From contig OZ223301.1 of NCBI GenBank assembly GCA_965140705.1, positions 64,001 through 128,000 of the forward strand: a DNA stretch of 64,000 bases. The letters run 5' to 3'. Both the position numbers and the translations under genes were made by a program. Positions 10,468-20,901 of the stretch are shown here, in pieces; positions within the stretch are counted from its first letter, which is position 1; each line of letters starts with the position of its first letter. The DNA is from an uncultured Arcobacter sp. GTDB lineage: Bacteria; Campylobacterota; Campylobacteria; Campylobacterales; Arcobacteraceae. The notes under the pieces were generated by a model. It saw only the letters and a list, made by a program, of their open reading frames with translations. It did not search any database and had not been told where the DNA came from.

Positions 10468-11565
10468 ATGACTAGTAGAGCAGGACTAATAATTAGAAAT
10501 AACTCCTCTTATATGGAGCTTTACAAAAGTAAAACTTTAATATCTTACACTCAAAAAATATTGGACAATCCAATTGATAGTTTAATAGATGATTCATGGG
10601 TAGATAAGATATTTGATTGGGCAGATGAAAATAAAATTGATGAATTATATTTTATTAAAAAAGGATTTAATAATAAATATCCAAGGGGACTTCCAAGAGA
10701 TAAGAAAACTTTATTAAATCTAGAAGAGTTAAACCTTTCAAAATATAATTTGACTTATCTTCCAAAAGAGATATGTAATCTTACAAAATTAAAGAAACTA
10801 CATTTGTATAAAAATAGATTAAGGTTTATTCCAAGAGAGATTAATAATTTACAAATGTTAGTTGAACTGAGTTTATCAAAAAATAATTTATCTAGATTAC
10901 CAGATGAGATTTGTGAATTAAAAAATCTAGAAGTTTTGGCACTTTTTGAGAATTCTATTAGCTCTTTGCCAAGTAAAATTGGACAATTAAAGAATCTAAT
11001 AAAACTAAATTTATTGGGAAATGAATTAAGATTATTACCAAGTAGTATTTGTCAGTTGGAAAAATTAGATAGTTTAAGTATTTTTGATAATAAATTAGAA
11101 TCCCTACCAAGTGATATAGGAAAGCTTCAAAATCTTACAGAATTACTTGTGAACCATAATTTTTTAGTAGAATTGCCTGAAAGCATTGGAGAGTTAAAAA
11201 AACTAAAGGTATTATGGTTATATGAAAATAGACTGGAAAAACTTCCTGCTAGTATTGGGAACTTAACTGAACTAACTGATTTATGGCTTTATTCAAATAA
11301 TTTAAAAACTATTCCAAGTGAGATATCAAACTTGTCAAATTTAAAAGAGTTATGGTTATCAAATAATTGTTTGATTAGCTTACCTCATAATTTAGATAGT
11401 TTAAAAAGATTAAAAGAGTTTAACCTTTCAAATAATAACATTGCTCATTTACCTATAGAGTTATCTTATCTTAAAGATTTATCTTGGTTAGAAGTTGATA
11501 AGAGTGTACCTATAGGTAATGAATTTGATGACTTTATACAAAAAAGTATTATTAAATTTTCTTAA
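10468..11565 (+). CDS. Leucine-rich repeat protein
   Basis: About 11 tandem 23-aa LxxLxxLxLxxNxLxxLPxxI repeats after an N-terminal cap (WVDKIFDWADEN...GLPRD); no signal peptide seen. Confidence 0.92.
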   Translation: MTSRAGLIIRNNSSYMELYKSKTLISYTQKILDNPIDSLIDDSWVDKIFDWADENKIDELYFIKKGFNNKYPRGLPRDKKTLLNLEELNLSKYNLTYLPKEICNLTKLKKLHLYKNRLRFIPREINNLQMLVELSLSKNNLSRLPDEICELKNLEVLALFENSISSLPSKIGQLKNLIKLNLLGNELRLLPSSICQLEKLDSLSIFDNKLESLPSDIGKLQNLTELLVNHNFLVELPESIGELKKLKVLWLYENRLEKLPASIGNLTELTDLWLYSNNLKTIPSEISNLSNLKELWLSNNCLISLPHNLDSLKRLKEFNLSNNNIAHLPIELSYLKDLSWLEVDKSVPIGNEFDDFIQKSIIKFS

Positions 11566-12629
11566 ACTGTACTATCTAAAGAGTTTATATCTTTTATTTT
11601 AGAATCAATTGAAAATTTCTTTAATAGTTGTACTATTGAGATAAAAAAGCTAACCATTGCTGGTCCTATAATCATACCCCAAAAACCAAAAGTCGATAAT
11701 CCAGCAATAATAGAGAAAAAGATTAATAGCTCATTTATATTTGCTTTTGTTTTTACTACTTTTAAATTAATGTATTTTATTATGACTGGTTTTACAAAAG
11801 TATCTGCAAAGATTGCTATTACTACAACTGAATAAATAGCTATAATTAAACCATTTGTAACAGATACGGTAAATCCTTCATATAAAGCCATAGGAAGCCA
11901 CATAATTAATCCTCCTACAACTGGAATTAAAGAGGCAAATCCATATAATACCCCAAGTAAAATTCCATCATAACCAAAAAATGTAATAAAAATCCCAAAT
12001 AAAAATCCCTCTAAAATAGCTGTTGCTAATACAGAGTATAAAACTACACTCATTACTGTTGATGATTCAAAGAATAACACACTAGCATCTTCTTTTTTCA
12101 AAGGTAAAAGACTTTTTAAATAACTTGATAGTTCAAATGAATAAAAATTAAAGAAAAAATAAAATATTAATATCATCACCATATCAATTATAAATTTTGC
12201 AGAGTTTTTACCTAAGTATGCCCCAAAAGAAAGTAGGCTTTCTATAAATTCTTTAATATTGATTTTACTTATGGCATCCATTAGTTGCTCTTTTATAATC
12301 AAAAAATCATTGGGTAAAAGAGAAACCCATGATTCAAATTTTGTTAGCATCTTAGATAAAGCCTGTTGGTCAATATTATTTATTAATGTTGCAAATGAAA
12401 ATATACAATATAACAATGGAATAAAAAATACAAATGTTAGAACAATAGTCATTAAGGTAGAAGATAAAAGTTTATTTTTAATCTTAATTGATACATTAGT
12501 ACTTAAAGTATTTGTAGCAACTGCAAGTAAAAGTGCAACTGACATTGCTTTTAGAAAAGGATTAAATAATTCAATTAGAAAATAAAAAGTTATAACTCCA
12601 ATTGAAATTAAAAAATATTGTGGTTTCAA
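11562..12629 (-). CDS. AI-2E family transporter
   Basis: Multi-[25 protein letters not shown]; downstream of ruvB as in other Campylobacterota. Confidence 0.88.
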   Translation of the reverse strand: MKPQYFLISIGVITFYFLIELFNPFLKAMSVALLLAVATNTLSTNVSIKIKNKLLSSTLMTIVLTFVFFIPLLYCIFSFATLINNIDQQALSKMLTKFESWVSLLPNDFLIIKEQLMDAISKINIKEFIESLLSFGAYLGKNSAKFIIDMVMILIFYFFFNFYSFELSSYLKSLLPLKKEDASVLFFESSTVMSVVLYSVLATAILEGFLFGIFITFFGYDGILLGVLYGFASLIPVVGGLIMWLPMALYEGFTVSVTNGLIIAIYSVVVIAIFADTFVKPVIIKYINLKVVKTKANINELLIFFSIIAGLSTFGFWGMIIGPAMVSFFISIVQLLKKFSIDSKIKDINSLDSTV

Positions 12630-13642
12630 AATAGTTTACCTTCTGTAATAGGAGCTGTTAGTCTAAAAAGTTCATAGGTTTTTACACTTGCAACTCTTCC
12701 CCTTGCTGTTCTTTCAATATATCCATTAGCTAATAAATATGGCTCTATAGCATCTTCTATCGTACCTTCATCTTCACTAAGTGCCGCTGCAATTGTAGAA
12801 AGTCCCATTGGTTTTCCTCTATTTGACACAAGAAGTTCAAGTAAATTTATATCCATTTCATCAAAACCAGTTTCATTTACACCTAATTCATTAAGGGCAT
12901 ATTCACATCTTTTTAATTTAATTGTTTGTTCATTTTCTACTTCTGCAAAATCCCTCACTCTTCTTAAAAGTCTAAGGGCAATTCTAGGTGTTCCTCTACT
13001 TCTTCTTGCAATTTCTAAACTTGCATCTTTCTCACACTCTTTTTCCAGTTTTGTTCCTGCTTTTTGAATGATTTTAGATAGTTCTGGATGTGTATAAAAT
13101 TGCATTCTAAAGTGCATACCAAATCTTTCTCTTAAAGGATTTGAAAGCATTCCAGCTCTTGTCGTAGCACCAATTAGTGTAAATCTTGGTAAGTCTATTT
13201 TTACAGTTTGAGCAGCTGGACCACTTCCAATAATAATGTCCAATCGATAATCTTCCATGGCAGGATAAAGTATCTCTTCAACAGCAGGACTTAAACGATG
13301 AATTTCATCTATAAATAAAATATCACCTTCTTCAAGGTTTGTTAAAATAGCTGCCAAATCTCCTGATTTTTCAATCATAGGACCAGCTGTTATTTTTATA
13401 TTTGAGTTCATCTCATTTGAGATTAGATATGAAAGTGTAGTTTTCCCAAGTCCTGGAGGTCCATAAAATAAGATATGATCTAGGGCTTCACCCCTTTTTT
13501 TACTTGCATCGATAAAAACTCTTAGGTTTTTTTTGATTTTTTCTTGACCGATATAATCATCCCATGATGAGGGTCGTAAATTTACTTCAACTTTTTCATC
13601 TTCAAAAGATATTTGTTCTACATTTACTAATCTATCATCCAC
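12626..13642 (-). CDS. ruvB: Holliday junction branch migration helicase RuvB
   Basis: LRP...[37 protein letters not shown]. Confidence 0.98.
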   Translation of the reverse strand: MDDRLVNVEQISFEDEKVEVNLRPSSWDDYIGQEKIKKNLRVFIDASKKRGEALDHILFYGPPGLGKTTLSYLISNEMNSNIKITAGPMIEKSGDLAAILTNLEEGDILFIDEIHRLSPAVEEILYPAMEDYRLDIIIGSGPAAQTVKIDLPRFTLIGATTRAGMLSNPLRERFGMHFRMQFYTHPELSKIIQKAGTKLEKECEKDASLEIARRSRGTPRIALRLLRRVRDFAEVENEQTIKLKRCEYALNELGVNETGFDEMDINLLELLVSNRGKPMGLSTIAAALSEDEGTIEDAIEPYLLANGYIERTARGRVASVKTYELFRLTAPITEGKLF

Positions 13643-13644
13643 TA

Positions 13645-14454
13645 TTAGTATTCCTCTTCTTTACTTGGAAAAGTTTTATTTTGAACATCTTCTTTGTAGT
13701 TTTGTACAGCATTTTTTACAAGTTTTGCACCATCTAAATAGTGTCTTACAAATTTTGGCTTAAACTCTTCAAAAAATCCTAACATATCTGACCAAACTAA
13801 AACTTGTCCATCAGTCTCTTTCCCTGCTCCTATTCCAATTGTTGGTATTGAAATAGCCTGTGTAATCTCTTTTGCCACATCTCCCATAACACCTTCAATT
13901 ACTATACAAAAAGCTCCTGCTTTTTCAATTGCAATTGCATCACGAAGTAATTGCTCTTTATCTTCTTGTGTTTTACCTCTTACTTTATATCCACCTTCAC
14001 TTCTTACATATTGGGGCATAAGACCAATATGTCCCATAACTGCAATAGAATTAGATGTTAGATGGGAAATTATATCTGCTCTATCTTCTCCACCTTCTAT
14101 TTTAATAGCTGCAGCATTTGTTTCTTGGTAAACTTTTACTGCATTTTTAAGTGCTTCATCCTTATTTATGTAAGTTCCAAAAGGCATATCGATTACTACA
14201 AAAGCTTCTTTAGCACCATTGCATACTGCATTTGTATGATAAATCATTTGTTCTAAGGTAGCAGATAAAGTGTCTGTTTTCCCAGCAAAACTCATATTTA
14301 AACTATCACCTACTAAAATAATATCTGCAAGTTCTTCAAATAGTTTTGCAAAGAGTGCATCATAAGCTGTAATCATTGTAAGTTTTTTTACATTTTTAGC
14401 TTTTTTTATTTTACTAATATTCATTTTTTCAAATTCATTTTTTATAATACTCAC
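13645..14454 (-). CDS. panB: 3-methyl-2-oxobutanoate hydroxymethyltransferase
   Basis: MITAYD, ILVGDSL, HIGLMPQ, IGIGAG...DGQVLV. Confidence 0.97.
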   Translation of the reverse strand: MSIIKNEFEKMNISKIKKAKNVKKLTMITAYDALFAKLFEELADIILVGDSLNMSFAGKTDTLSATLEQMIYHTNAVCNGAKEAFVVIDMPFGTYINKDEALKNAVKVYQETNAAAIKIEGGEDRADIISHLTSNSIAVMGHIGLMPQYVRSEGGYKVRGKTQEDKEQLLRDAIAIEKAGAFCIVIEGVMGDVAKEITQAISIPTIGIGAGKETDGQVLVWSDMLGFFEEFKPKFVRHYLDGAKLVKNAVQNYKEDVQNKTFPSKEEEY

Positions 14455-14646
14455 TGAATAACCCTTAATATTTATAAGTAATTATTGTATCTAAAATATC
14501 CTTTTTTTGAAAAATAGAGTAGTGTGTTATTAGATGAAAAGTTTATTTATAATGTTGCATTTATTTAATCATTTTAGGTTTCAAGTAAGATATGATAATA
14601 ATTTGTCATAAGAAAAAGGAGTGCACAATAATATCAAACTCTTTTT

Positions 14647-14671
14647 AAATCTGGGGACAGTCGCCAGATTT
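14647..14671. repeat. REP-like palindrome A
   Basis: AAATCTGGGGAC-A-GTCGCCAGATTT: 12-bp arms with one mismatch, GC-rich in AT-rich DNA. Confidence 0.75.
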
Positions 14672-15164
14672 TAGGTTTTGCAAGTTCTTTTATGTCTCCT
14701 CTTACGGAAAAAGTAGGTGGAAATAGTTTTGAAGGACATGTTGTTAGTGGTATAATTGGAGGAACAACTTCAAAAATTGCTGGTGGTAAGTTTGCGACTG
14801 GTGTCTCGACTGGTGCATTTGTTTATGGGTTTAATCATTGGGAGCATATAAGCAACTTTATTCAAGAAAGCAATTCTTGGTTTAATGAAACTATGGGAAA
14901 AGTTAGTACTTATATGAGAGGTAATTTTTAGAGGATAGTGGATATAATTAAATGGCAAGAGTAGGAAATGGTGTAATTAATATTTATGATAAATTTACAA
15001 CTAGATTTAGTAAAATGATGATAAATGTTCCCCCTGCAGTTGTATATCTAGTAGAAACGATTGAAACTATAGAAATTGTTAATGATGTTTTCAATCCAAG
15101 TACTCCTGCTTCTACATCAAAAGGGCAAGGAATTAATATAATTAGAGGATTAATAGGTGAATAA
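14672..15164 (+). pseudogene. Orphan RHS/YD-type polymorphic toxin C-terminal fragment, broken into two ORFs
   Basis: Gly-rich pre-toxin-like motif GFASSF...GIIGGTTSKIAGGKFATGVSTGAFVYGFNH; ORFs 14692-14931 and 14952-15164 join if one T was lost in the T-run near 14925 and TAA at 14949 is a nonsense change. Confidence 0.6.
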
Positions 15165-15351
15165 ATATATTTTTTTTACGTTTTCCTTTTTGTTATTTTT
15201 ATCTGGTATTAAATATATAATTAATCCTGTTTTTAAATTTATGCCATACAATATAATAATTGATTTTGGTGATTTTAAATGGCTTGTAGGTATTTGTTTA
15301 ATTTTGTTAGGAATCTATGGAATGACTAGCATACAAAAGAAAAAGAACTAA
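15157..15351 (+). CDS. Small two-TM protein, putative immunity protein
   Basis: Two hydrophobic segments and a basic tail; overlaps the stop of the toxin-tip ORF. Confidence 0.5.
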   Translation: MNKYIFFTFSFLLFLSGIKYIINPVFKFMPYNIIIDFGDFKWLVGICLILLGIYGMTSIQKKKN

Positions 15352-15357
15352 AAACAT

Positions 15358-15372
15358 TGGGGTCAGACCCCA
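15358..15372. repeat. REP-like palindrome B
   Basis: Perfect TGGGGTC-A-GACCCCA, 6 bp after the putative immunity gene and upstream of the transposase. Confidence 0.75.
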
Positions 15373-15487
15373 TTTGACAACTTTTCTGAAATCAACCTGA
15401 ATTTCTTTCTTTATTTTTTCATTTCTGAAACTTTTTGAATCTTTATCATAATTCTAATATAATTTGCAAAATTATTTAAGGATACAG

Positions 15488-15847
15488 ATGCCAAGACGAG
15501 AACGTATTAGTGATGTTGGATTTTATCACATTGTTTGCCGTGGTGTTGAGCGTCGCAATGTATTTTTAGACTTCGATGATTTTGAACAGTTCTTAGTTCT
15601 TTTGAAAAGTGTAAAAAAGGAGTTTGATATTATTCTACATTCCTTTTGTCTTATGACAAACCATTATCATATCTTACTTGAAACAAAAGAAGATAATATT
15701 TCCCTTGCTATGAAATATCTAAATTCACATTATGCTATATATTTTAATAAAAAATACAAACGTACTTGTTATCTTTGGCAAGTGCGTTTTCATTCTGATT
15801 ATTTATATGCTGATAATCACTTTAAGTATAAGATTGAAGCTTCTTAG
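15488..15847 (+). pseudogene. Truncated REP-associated tyrosine transposase (RAYT/Y1 HUH family)
   Basis: MPRRER, YHIVCRG, FCLMTNHYHILL (HUH), YFNKKYKR..LWQ.RF; stops before the catalytic YI..NP helix; the usual GHLWQG reads CYLWQV. Confidence 0.8.
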
Positions 15848-15989
15848 TCAATATGAAAATTCAAAAAATATTAGATAAGAAGAAATATAAAAAATCATTT
15901 TAAATCTAATTGTAGAGCTTATTCTCATATCTCTCCAAGATAAAATTAGATAGAATAATTAAAAATTAATATTTTATTAGGATTATATT

Positions 15990-16730
15990 TTGAAAAAACT
16001 TGTTGGATATATTACAGCAGCATTGCCTGAAAATAACTTTACAGTAGATTTAGCTTTAAATATGAAAGATGCAGGTGTTGATATTTTAGAGTTAGGTATT
16101 CCTTTTACTGATCCTGTAGCTGATGGTCCAGTAATTGAAAAAGCAAATTTAATAGCATTAAAAAATGGTTTTAAATTAAAAGATTTATTTGAAGTTTCAA
16201 GTAAAATTGCTCCTGAGATGAAAACATTGTGGATGGGTTATGCTAATCCCTTTTATCATTATGGAATAGAAAAGTTTTTTGCAAAAGCACAAGAGTTTGG
16301 AGTAAAAGGTGCTATTGTTCCTGATTTCCCTTTTGAAGAGACTTTAAAATATAATAAATTAGCTAGTCATTATGAACAGGCTTTAATTTCTTTTGTAGCT
16401 CCAACTCATAGTGAAAATAGAATCAAAAAAGTAGTTGAACACTCAAAAGAGTTTGTTTATATGGTAGCTTATGCCGGGATTACAGGAAGTGGGATAGAAG
16501 AAGATTTAAGTGATATTATCGATAATGTTAGAAAGTACACTAAAACTCCTTTATTTATAGGATTTGGAGTAGATGAAAAAACTGCAAAAGCAAAAGCAAA
16601 GAATGTTGATGGTGTAATTGTAGGATCTGCTTTTGTAAAACATTTGATAGATGATAGTTTAAGTAATAGTGAAAAAATCCAAAGAATAACTGCAATAGCA
16701 AAAGAGATAAAAGAAAAAATAAACGAGTAA
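15990..16730 (+). CDS. trpA: Tryptophan synthase alpha chain
   Basis: LELGIPFTDPVADGPVI, GITG, GFGV, DGVIVGSAFV. Confidence 0.96.
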   Translation: MKKLVGYITAALPENNFTVDLALNMKDAGVDILELGIPFTDPVADGPVIEKANLIALKNGFKLKDLFEVSSKIAPEMKTLWMGYANPFYHYGIEKFFAKAQEFGVKGAIVPDFPFEETLKYNKLASHYEQALISFVAPTHSENRIKKVVEHSKEFVYMVAYAGITGSGIEEDLSDIIDNVRKYTKTPLFIGFGVDEKTAKAKAKNVDGVIVGSAFVKHLIDDSLSNSEKIQRITAIAKEIKEKINE

Positions 16731-16736
16731 GTAGTA

Positions 16737-17474
16737 ATGCAATTGATAGATGATGAATTAGAATTTGTAGAGAATAATAAAGATTGTTCTTATTTTGACA
16801 ATGAAATATCTGATATAAGATACAGATACTTAAAAAGTTGTACAGCAGAAGATTACCAAAACATGCTTGAGCATGGGTGGAGAAGATTTGGAAGAATGCA
16901 CTTTGTTCCAGAGTGTAAAAATTGTACAAAATGTATAAGTATTAGAATTGACGTTGCAAATTATAAATTCTCTAAATCAGAAAAAAGGGTAATGGCAAAA
17001 AATAAAGACACAAAAGTCTATATTCAACCCCCTTCAATTTCTGTAGATCATCTAAATTTGTATGATAAATATCATAAATTTATGAATGATAAAAAATCAT
17101 GGCCTTATGCACCAATAGAACCAATAGAATATAGTAGATCTTATATTGATGGTAAAACTTCATATACAAAAGAGTTTTTGTATATGAGAGATGATAAATT
17201 AATAGGTGTAGCTCTAACTGATATTTTAGATAAATCTATCTCTTCTATTTATTGTTTTTATGACCATGATTATGAAAAGTTTTCTATTGGCAAGTTTTCA
17301 ATTTTGGCTCAAATAAAGATTGCGAAACAACTAAAAATCCCTTATATTTACTTGGGATATTGGATAAAAGACCATTTTTCTATGGGTTATAAAGAATCAT
17401 ATACCCCCTTTGAAGTACTAGAAAATAGGGCCTCCTTAGATGAAGAGACTATTTGGAATAAATATAAGGTATAA
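16737..17474 (+). CDS. bpt: ATE1-like aminoacyl-tRNA-protein transferase (Bpt)
   Basis: CSY, GWRRFG, P.C..C..C..IR, SSIYCFYD, Y.YLGYWI...SM.YK. Confidence 0.88.
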   Translation: MQLIDDELEFVENNKDCSYFDNEISDIRYRYLKSCTAEDYQNMLEHGWRRFGRMHFVPECKNCTKCISIRIDVANYKFSKSEKRVMAKNKDTKVYIQPPSISVDHLNLYDKYHKFMNDKKSWPYAPIEPIEYSRSYIDGKTSYTKEFLYMRDDKLIGVALTDILDKSISSIYCFYDHDYEKFSIGKFSILAQIKIAKQLKIPYIYLGYWIKDHFSMGYKESYTPFEVLENRASLDEETIWNKYKV

Positions 17475-17510
17475 TAAAATCACTTTTGTTCAATTATTTT
17501 AAGGATACTT

Positions 17511-17849
17511 ATGAAAAAATTATTTTTAACGGCACTTTTAGCATTTTCATCTTGTTTTGGAAGTGATTCTACAGGAAGTGAAGTTGATTGTTTAGTAATT
17601 AAAGAAGAGAATTCAATTATTTGCAAATATATGACTCGAAGATCGATAGAAGATAGATTTGTAAAAGTTGAATGGATTAATCCAGAGGGTGAGATTTCAA
17701 GAACTAGAAATGTACTTTTACCTTCAGGTCATGGTTCTGTTTATGATTTTAGATACTTAAGTGGTAGAGAAATAGGTGTTTGGAATTTTAGAGTGACAGA
17801 TAAAGACCAAGTTTTTAATACAACTTTTGAAATTAAAGCAGAAGAATAG
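17511..17849 (+). CDS. Exported hypothetical protein
   Basis: Signal peptide; beta-rich domain (W.NP.G...G.W.FRV). Confidence 0.6.
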   Translation: MKKLFLTALLAFSSCFGSDSTGSEVDCLVIKEENSIICKYMTRRSIEDRFVKVEWINPEGEISRTRNVLLPSGHGSVYDFRYLSGREIGVWNFRVTDKDQVFNTTFEIKAEE

Positions 17850-17857
17850 TTACACTG

Positions 17858-19978
17858 TTATGTAACTATAATTCTTGTAATATTGTAAGTTATAAATGAT
17901 AAAACCCAAGCTGTTCCTGTAGTAAAAATAAAAAGATAAACTAAGTATCTCCAACCTCCAGCTTCTCTAGCAAAAACCATTGATGCCGCTAAACAAGGTA
18001 TATAAATCATTACAAACATAATAAATGAAAGTGCAGATGTTATAGGGATATTATTTTGAATTTTAGTAACTAGTGTTTCACTCTCTTCTGTTAATTGATC
18101 ACCTAAACCATATAAAATACCTAAAGTTGAAACAACTATCTCTTTTGCAGCAAGTCCTGTTTCAAGTGCAACTGTCATTCTCCAATCAAATCCTAATGGT
18201 TCAAATAGAGGTTGAGAAAATTTACCTATAATTCCTAAATATGAGTTTTCTAAATTATATTCTACAAGTTTATTTTCTAATTCTTGTTTTTTTGCTTCAT
18301 TTGTAGTTTGCTCAATTTTTGTATTTATTTCTTGTGTATATTCATGATTTTTAGGATAATTTGAAGCAAACCAAATTAGAATTGAAGCAGCTAAAATAAA
18401 AGTTCCTGCTTTTTTTAGGTACATCAATGCTTGATTTGATACTGTATGCCAAATAAGTTTAAATGTTGGTAGTCTATATTTAGGCATTTCCATTACAAAG
18501 GGTTCATCTTCACTTTTGAAAACCGTTATTTTAAGTATTTTGGCAGCTATTAGTCCAAGAATTGCACCAGTAATGTATATCAAAAATAAAATATTTCCAG
18601 CACTATCTCCTGAAAAGAATGCTCCTGTAAAAAGCACATAAATTGGAAGTCTAGCTCCACAAGACATAAAACCAATAATAAATAAAGTTAATAATCTATC
18701 CCTATCATTTTTTAGTGTTCTTGCTGCCATATATGCTGGAACCGAACAACCAAATCCAGAAACTAAAGGAATAAATGATTTTCCGTGAAGCCCAAATTTG
18801 TGAAAAAATCCATCAAGTAAAAAAGCGACTCTACTCATATAACCAGTAGTTTCAAGTAATGCAATACCAAAAAATAAAATTACTATATTTGGAACAAATA
18901 AGATTACCGCTCCAACTCCAGCTATTGCTCCATCTGCTACTAATGAAGAGAGTTCATTATCTCCTAAAATATTTTTTGTTCCATCCACTAAAGACGCAAA
19001 AAATGAATCAATCATATCCATTGGAATATTTCCAACCACAAAGGTAAGTTGAAAAAGTCCCCACATAAAAAATAAAAAGATAGGAATACCTAAAACTTTA
19101 TTTAATAAAATGTTATCAATTTTTGAACTTAAATCTTGCCCATGGATTTTTTTAGTACTTACAACTTCTTGTGCTGCACCCCTTGCAAAAGAGTTCTTTT
19201 CATCTGCAAAAATTTCATCTAAGTCTTTTGTATTGTAGTGTAAATATATGTGTTCTAGTGCTTCTTTTAGTACAGGTTGTAATTCTGTCCAAATAGGTTC
19301 ATCATGAAATTTTAAATATGTTTTTTTATCTTCTTGCAAAAGTTTAATTGCAATTTCTCTGTAGTGAACATCACTTGCATATTTTTTTTCAATTAAAAGT
19401 GTTTTTATGTTTGAAATTTCTTCTTCCATTACATTTGAAAAAATTAGTTTTGATTCAATTTTAGAAGAATTATATTTTTGAATCATAGCACTTATAAGAG
19501 TATCAATACCTATTTTGTTCTTGGCAGATGTTTTTACACAAGGCTTCCCCATGATTTTTGCCAATTGATTTTCATTTATTGATATACCTTCTTTATCTGC
19601 TTCATCAATCATATTTAAAGCAATGACCATTTTTTTATCTAAGGCTAATAATTCAGTTGTTAAATATAGGTTTCTTTCTAAATTTGTAGAATCTAAAACA
19701 TTTAGTATAATATCATAGTCAGCTTTTTCAAGATAATTTTTTGTAACTTTTTCTTCAATTGTATAGTCATTTAATGAGTATGAACCTGGTAAGTCTGTAA
19801 TTTGAAAAAGATAATCATCATATTGAAACTCTATTTGTTTTTTCTCTACTGTTACCCCTGAAAAGTTTCCAACCCTTAATTTAGAGTTAGAAATAGAATT
19901 GATAAGCATAGATTTCCCGACATTTGGTTGTCCCACAAGGGCTATTTTAATTAGTTTTTTTTCATTTATATTTCGCAT
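17858..19978 (-). CDS. feoB: Ferrous iron transporter B
   Basis: GQPNVGKS, VGNFSGVTVE, DLPG, NMID G-motifs; GFGCSVPA and MSCGARLP gate motifs. Confidence 0.97.
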   Translation of the reverse strand: MRNINEKKLIKIALVGQPNVGKSMLINSISNSKLRVGNFSGVTVEKKQIEFQYDDYLFQITDLPGSYSLNDYTIEEKVTKNYLEKADYDIILNVLDSTNLERNLYLTTELLALDKKMVIALNMIDEADKEGISINENQLAKIMGKPCVKTSAKNKIGIDTLISAMIQKYNSSKIESKLIFSNVMEEEISNIKTLLIEKKYASDVHYREIAIKLLQEDKKTYLKFHDEPIWTELQPVLKEALEHIYLHYNTKDLDEIFADEKNSFARGAAQEVVSTKKIHGQDLSSKIDNILLNKVLGIPIFLFFMWGLFQLTFVVGNIPMDMIDSFFASLVDGTKNILGDNELSSLVADGAIAGVGAVILFVPNIVILFFGIALLETTGYMSRVAFLLDGFFHKFGLHGKSFIPLVSGFGCSVPAYMAARTLKNDRDRLLTLFIIGFMSCGARLPIYVLFTGAFFSGDSAGNILFLIYITGAILGLIAAKILKITVFKSEDEPFVMEMPKYRLPTFKLIWHTVSNQALMYLKKAGTFILAASILIWFASNYPKNHEYTQEINTKIEQTTNEAKKQELENKLVEYNLENSYLGIIGKFSQPLFEPLGFDWRMTVALETGLAAKEIVVSTLGILYGLGDQLTEESETLVTKIQNNIPITSALSFIMFVMIYIPCLAASMVFAREAGGWRYLVYLFIFTTGTAWVLSFITYNITRIIVT

Positions 19979-20202
19979 TCTCTTCTCTCTATCTCAATAG
20001 TTTTTGCTTCATTTGTTCTTAATGCAATTTTTGTACTATTGAGCCTGATTTCAATTGTATTTTTTGACATTGTTTGTTCAATTACATATATTCTTGCACC
20101 TTTAGTTATTCCAAAAGAGTTTAATCTTGATTTTAATACTTGTGGTGCTGAAACTTTTATTATCTCTCCACATTCACCTTTTTCTAATTCACTTAAATTC
20201 AT
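19966..20202 (-). CDS. feoA: Ferrous iron transport protein A
   Basis: RL...G...G, IALR..EA..I; overlaps the feoB start. Confidence 0.9.
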   Translation of the reverse strand: MNLSELEKGECGEIIKVSAPQVLKSRLNSFGITKGARIYVIEQTMSKNTIEIRLNSTKIALRTNEAKTIEIERRECEI

Positions 20203-20283
20203 TTTCCCTCTTTATATTAAAATTCATACATAAGTTATTTATAAGAATCTAATTGTAGTATACTAAGGTTAAAGAGAAACTTA

Positions 20284-20302
20284 ACTGATTCTAATTATCA
20301 GT
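20284..20302. promoter_or_regulatory. Fur box between divergent feoA and fur
   Basis: ACTGATTCTAATTATCAGT; 13/15 match to 7-1-7 TGATAATnATTATCA. Confidence 0.75.
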
Positions 20303-20369
20303 ACGTAATTTTGATTTTTTTTATTTAATTTGCTATACTAATAGCCTTAAATAATAAAGGATATATATA

Positions 20370-20816
20370 ATGAATAGTAATGAAGATTTTGAAGAAATAA
20401 AAGATGAACTTAAAAAAATAGTGAAACAAAGAGGACTTAAATATACTGAGCAAAGAGAGATTGTTCTTGAAGTACTTTTAAATGCAAAGGGACATTTAAC
20501 TGCAGAAGAAATTTATAATGAAGTTAAAAATGCTAATCCTGATTCAAATATAGGAATAGCAACTGTATATAGGTCTTTATCATTTTTGGAAGAGGTTCAT
20601 TTAATAACATCTATTACCTTTGGAACTGATGGAAAAAAATATGAATCAAATGCTAAAAAACATCATGATCACTTGATTTGTGTATCTTGTGGAAAAATAG
20701 TTGAATTTATGGATGAAGAGATAGAAAAAAGACAGATAAAAATAGCAAAAGATAATGGATTTATGATTACAAGTCATGTAATGCAACTTTTTGGTAAATG
20801 TTCTGATTGTCAATAA
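20370..20816 (+). CDS. fur: Ferric uptake regulator family protein
   Basis: T.QRE, IGIATVYR, HHDHLIC..CG, C-terminal CSDC. Confidence 0.9.
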   Translation: MNSNEDFEEIKDELKKIVKQRGLKYTEQREIVLEVLLNAKGHLTAEEIYNEVKNANPDSNIGIATVYRSLSFLEEVHLITSITFGTDGKKYESNAKKHHDHLICVSCGKIVEFMDEEIEKRQIKIAKDNGFMITSHVMQLFGKCSDCQ

Positions 20817-20845
20817 TATTTAAGGAAAATTCCTTAAATATTATT
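20812..20845. terminator. Long hairpin after fur
   Basis: AATAATATTTAAGGAA/TTCCTTAAATATTATT perfect inverted repeat between convergent genes. Confidence 0.65.
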
Positions 20846-20901
20846 CCACAGATTGTAAATAAAGGTTATGCTTAATAGCCTCTTTTAATTCTTCAATTTT
20901 T

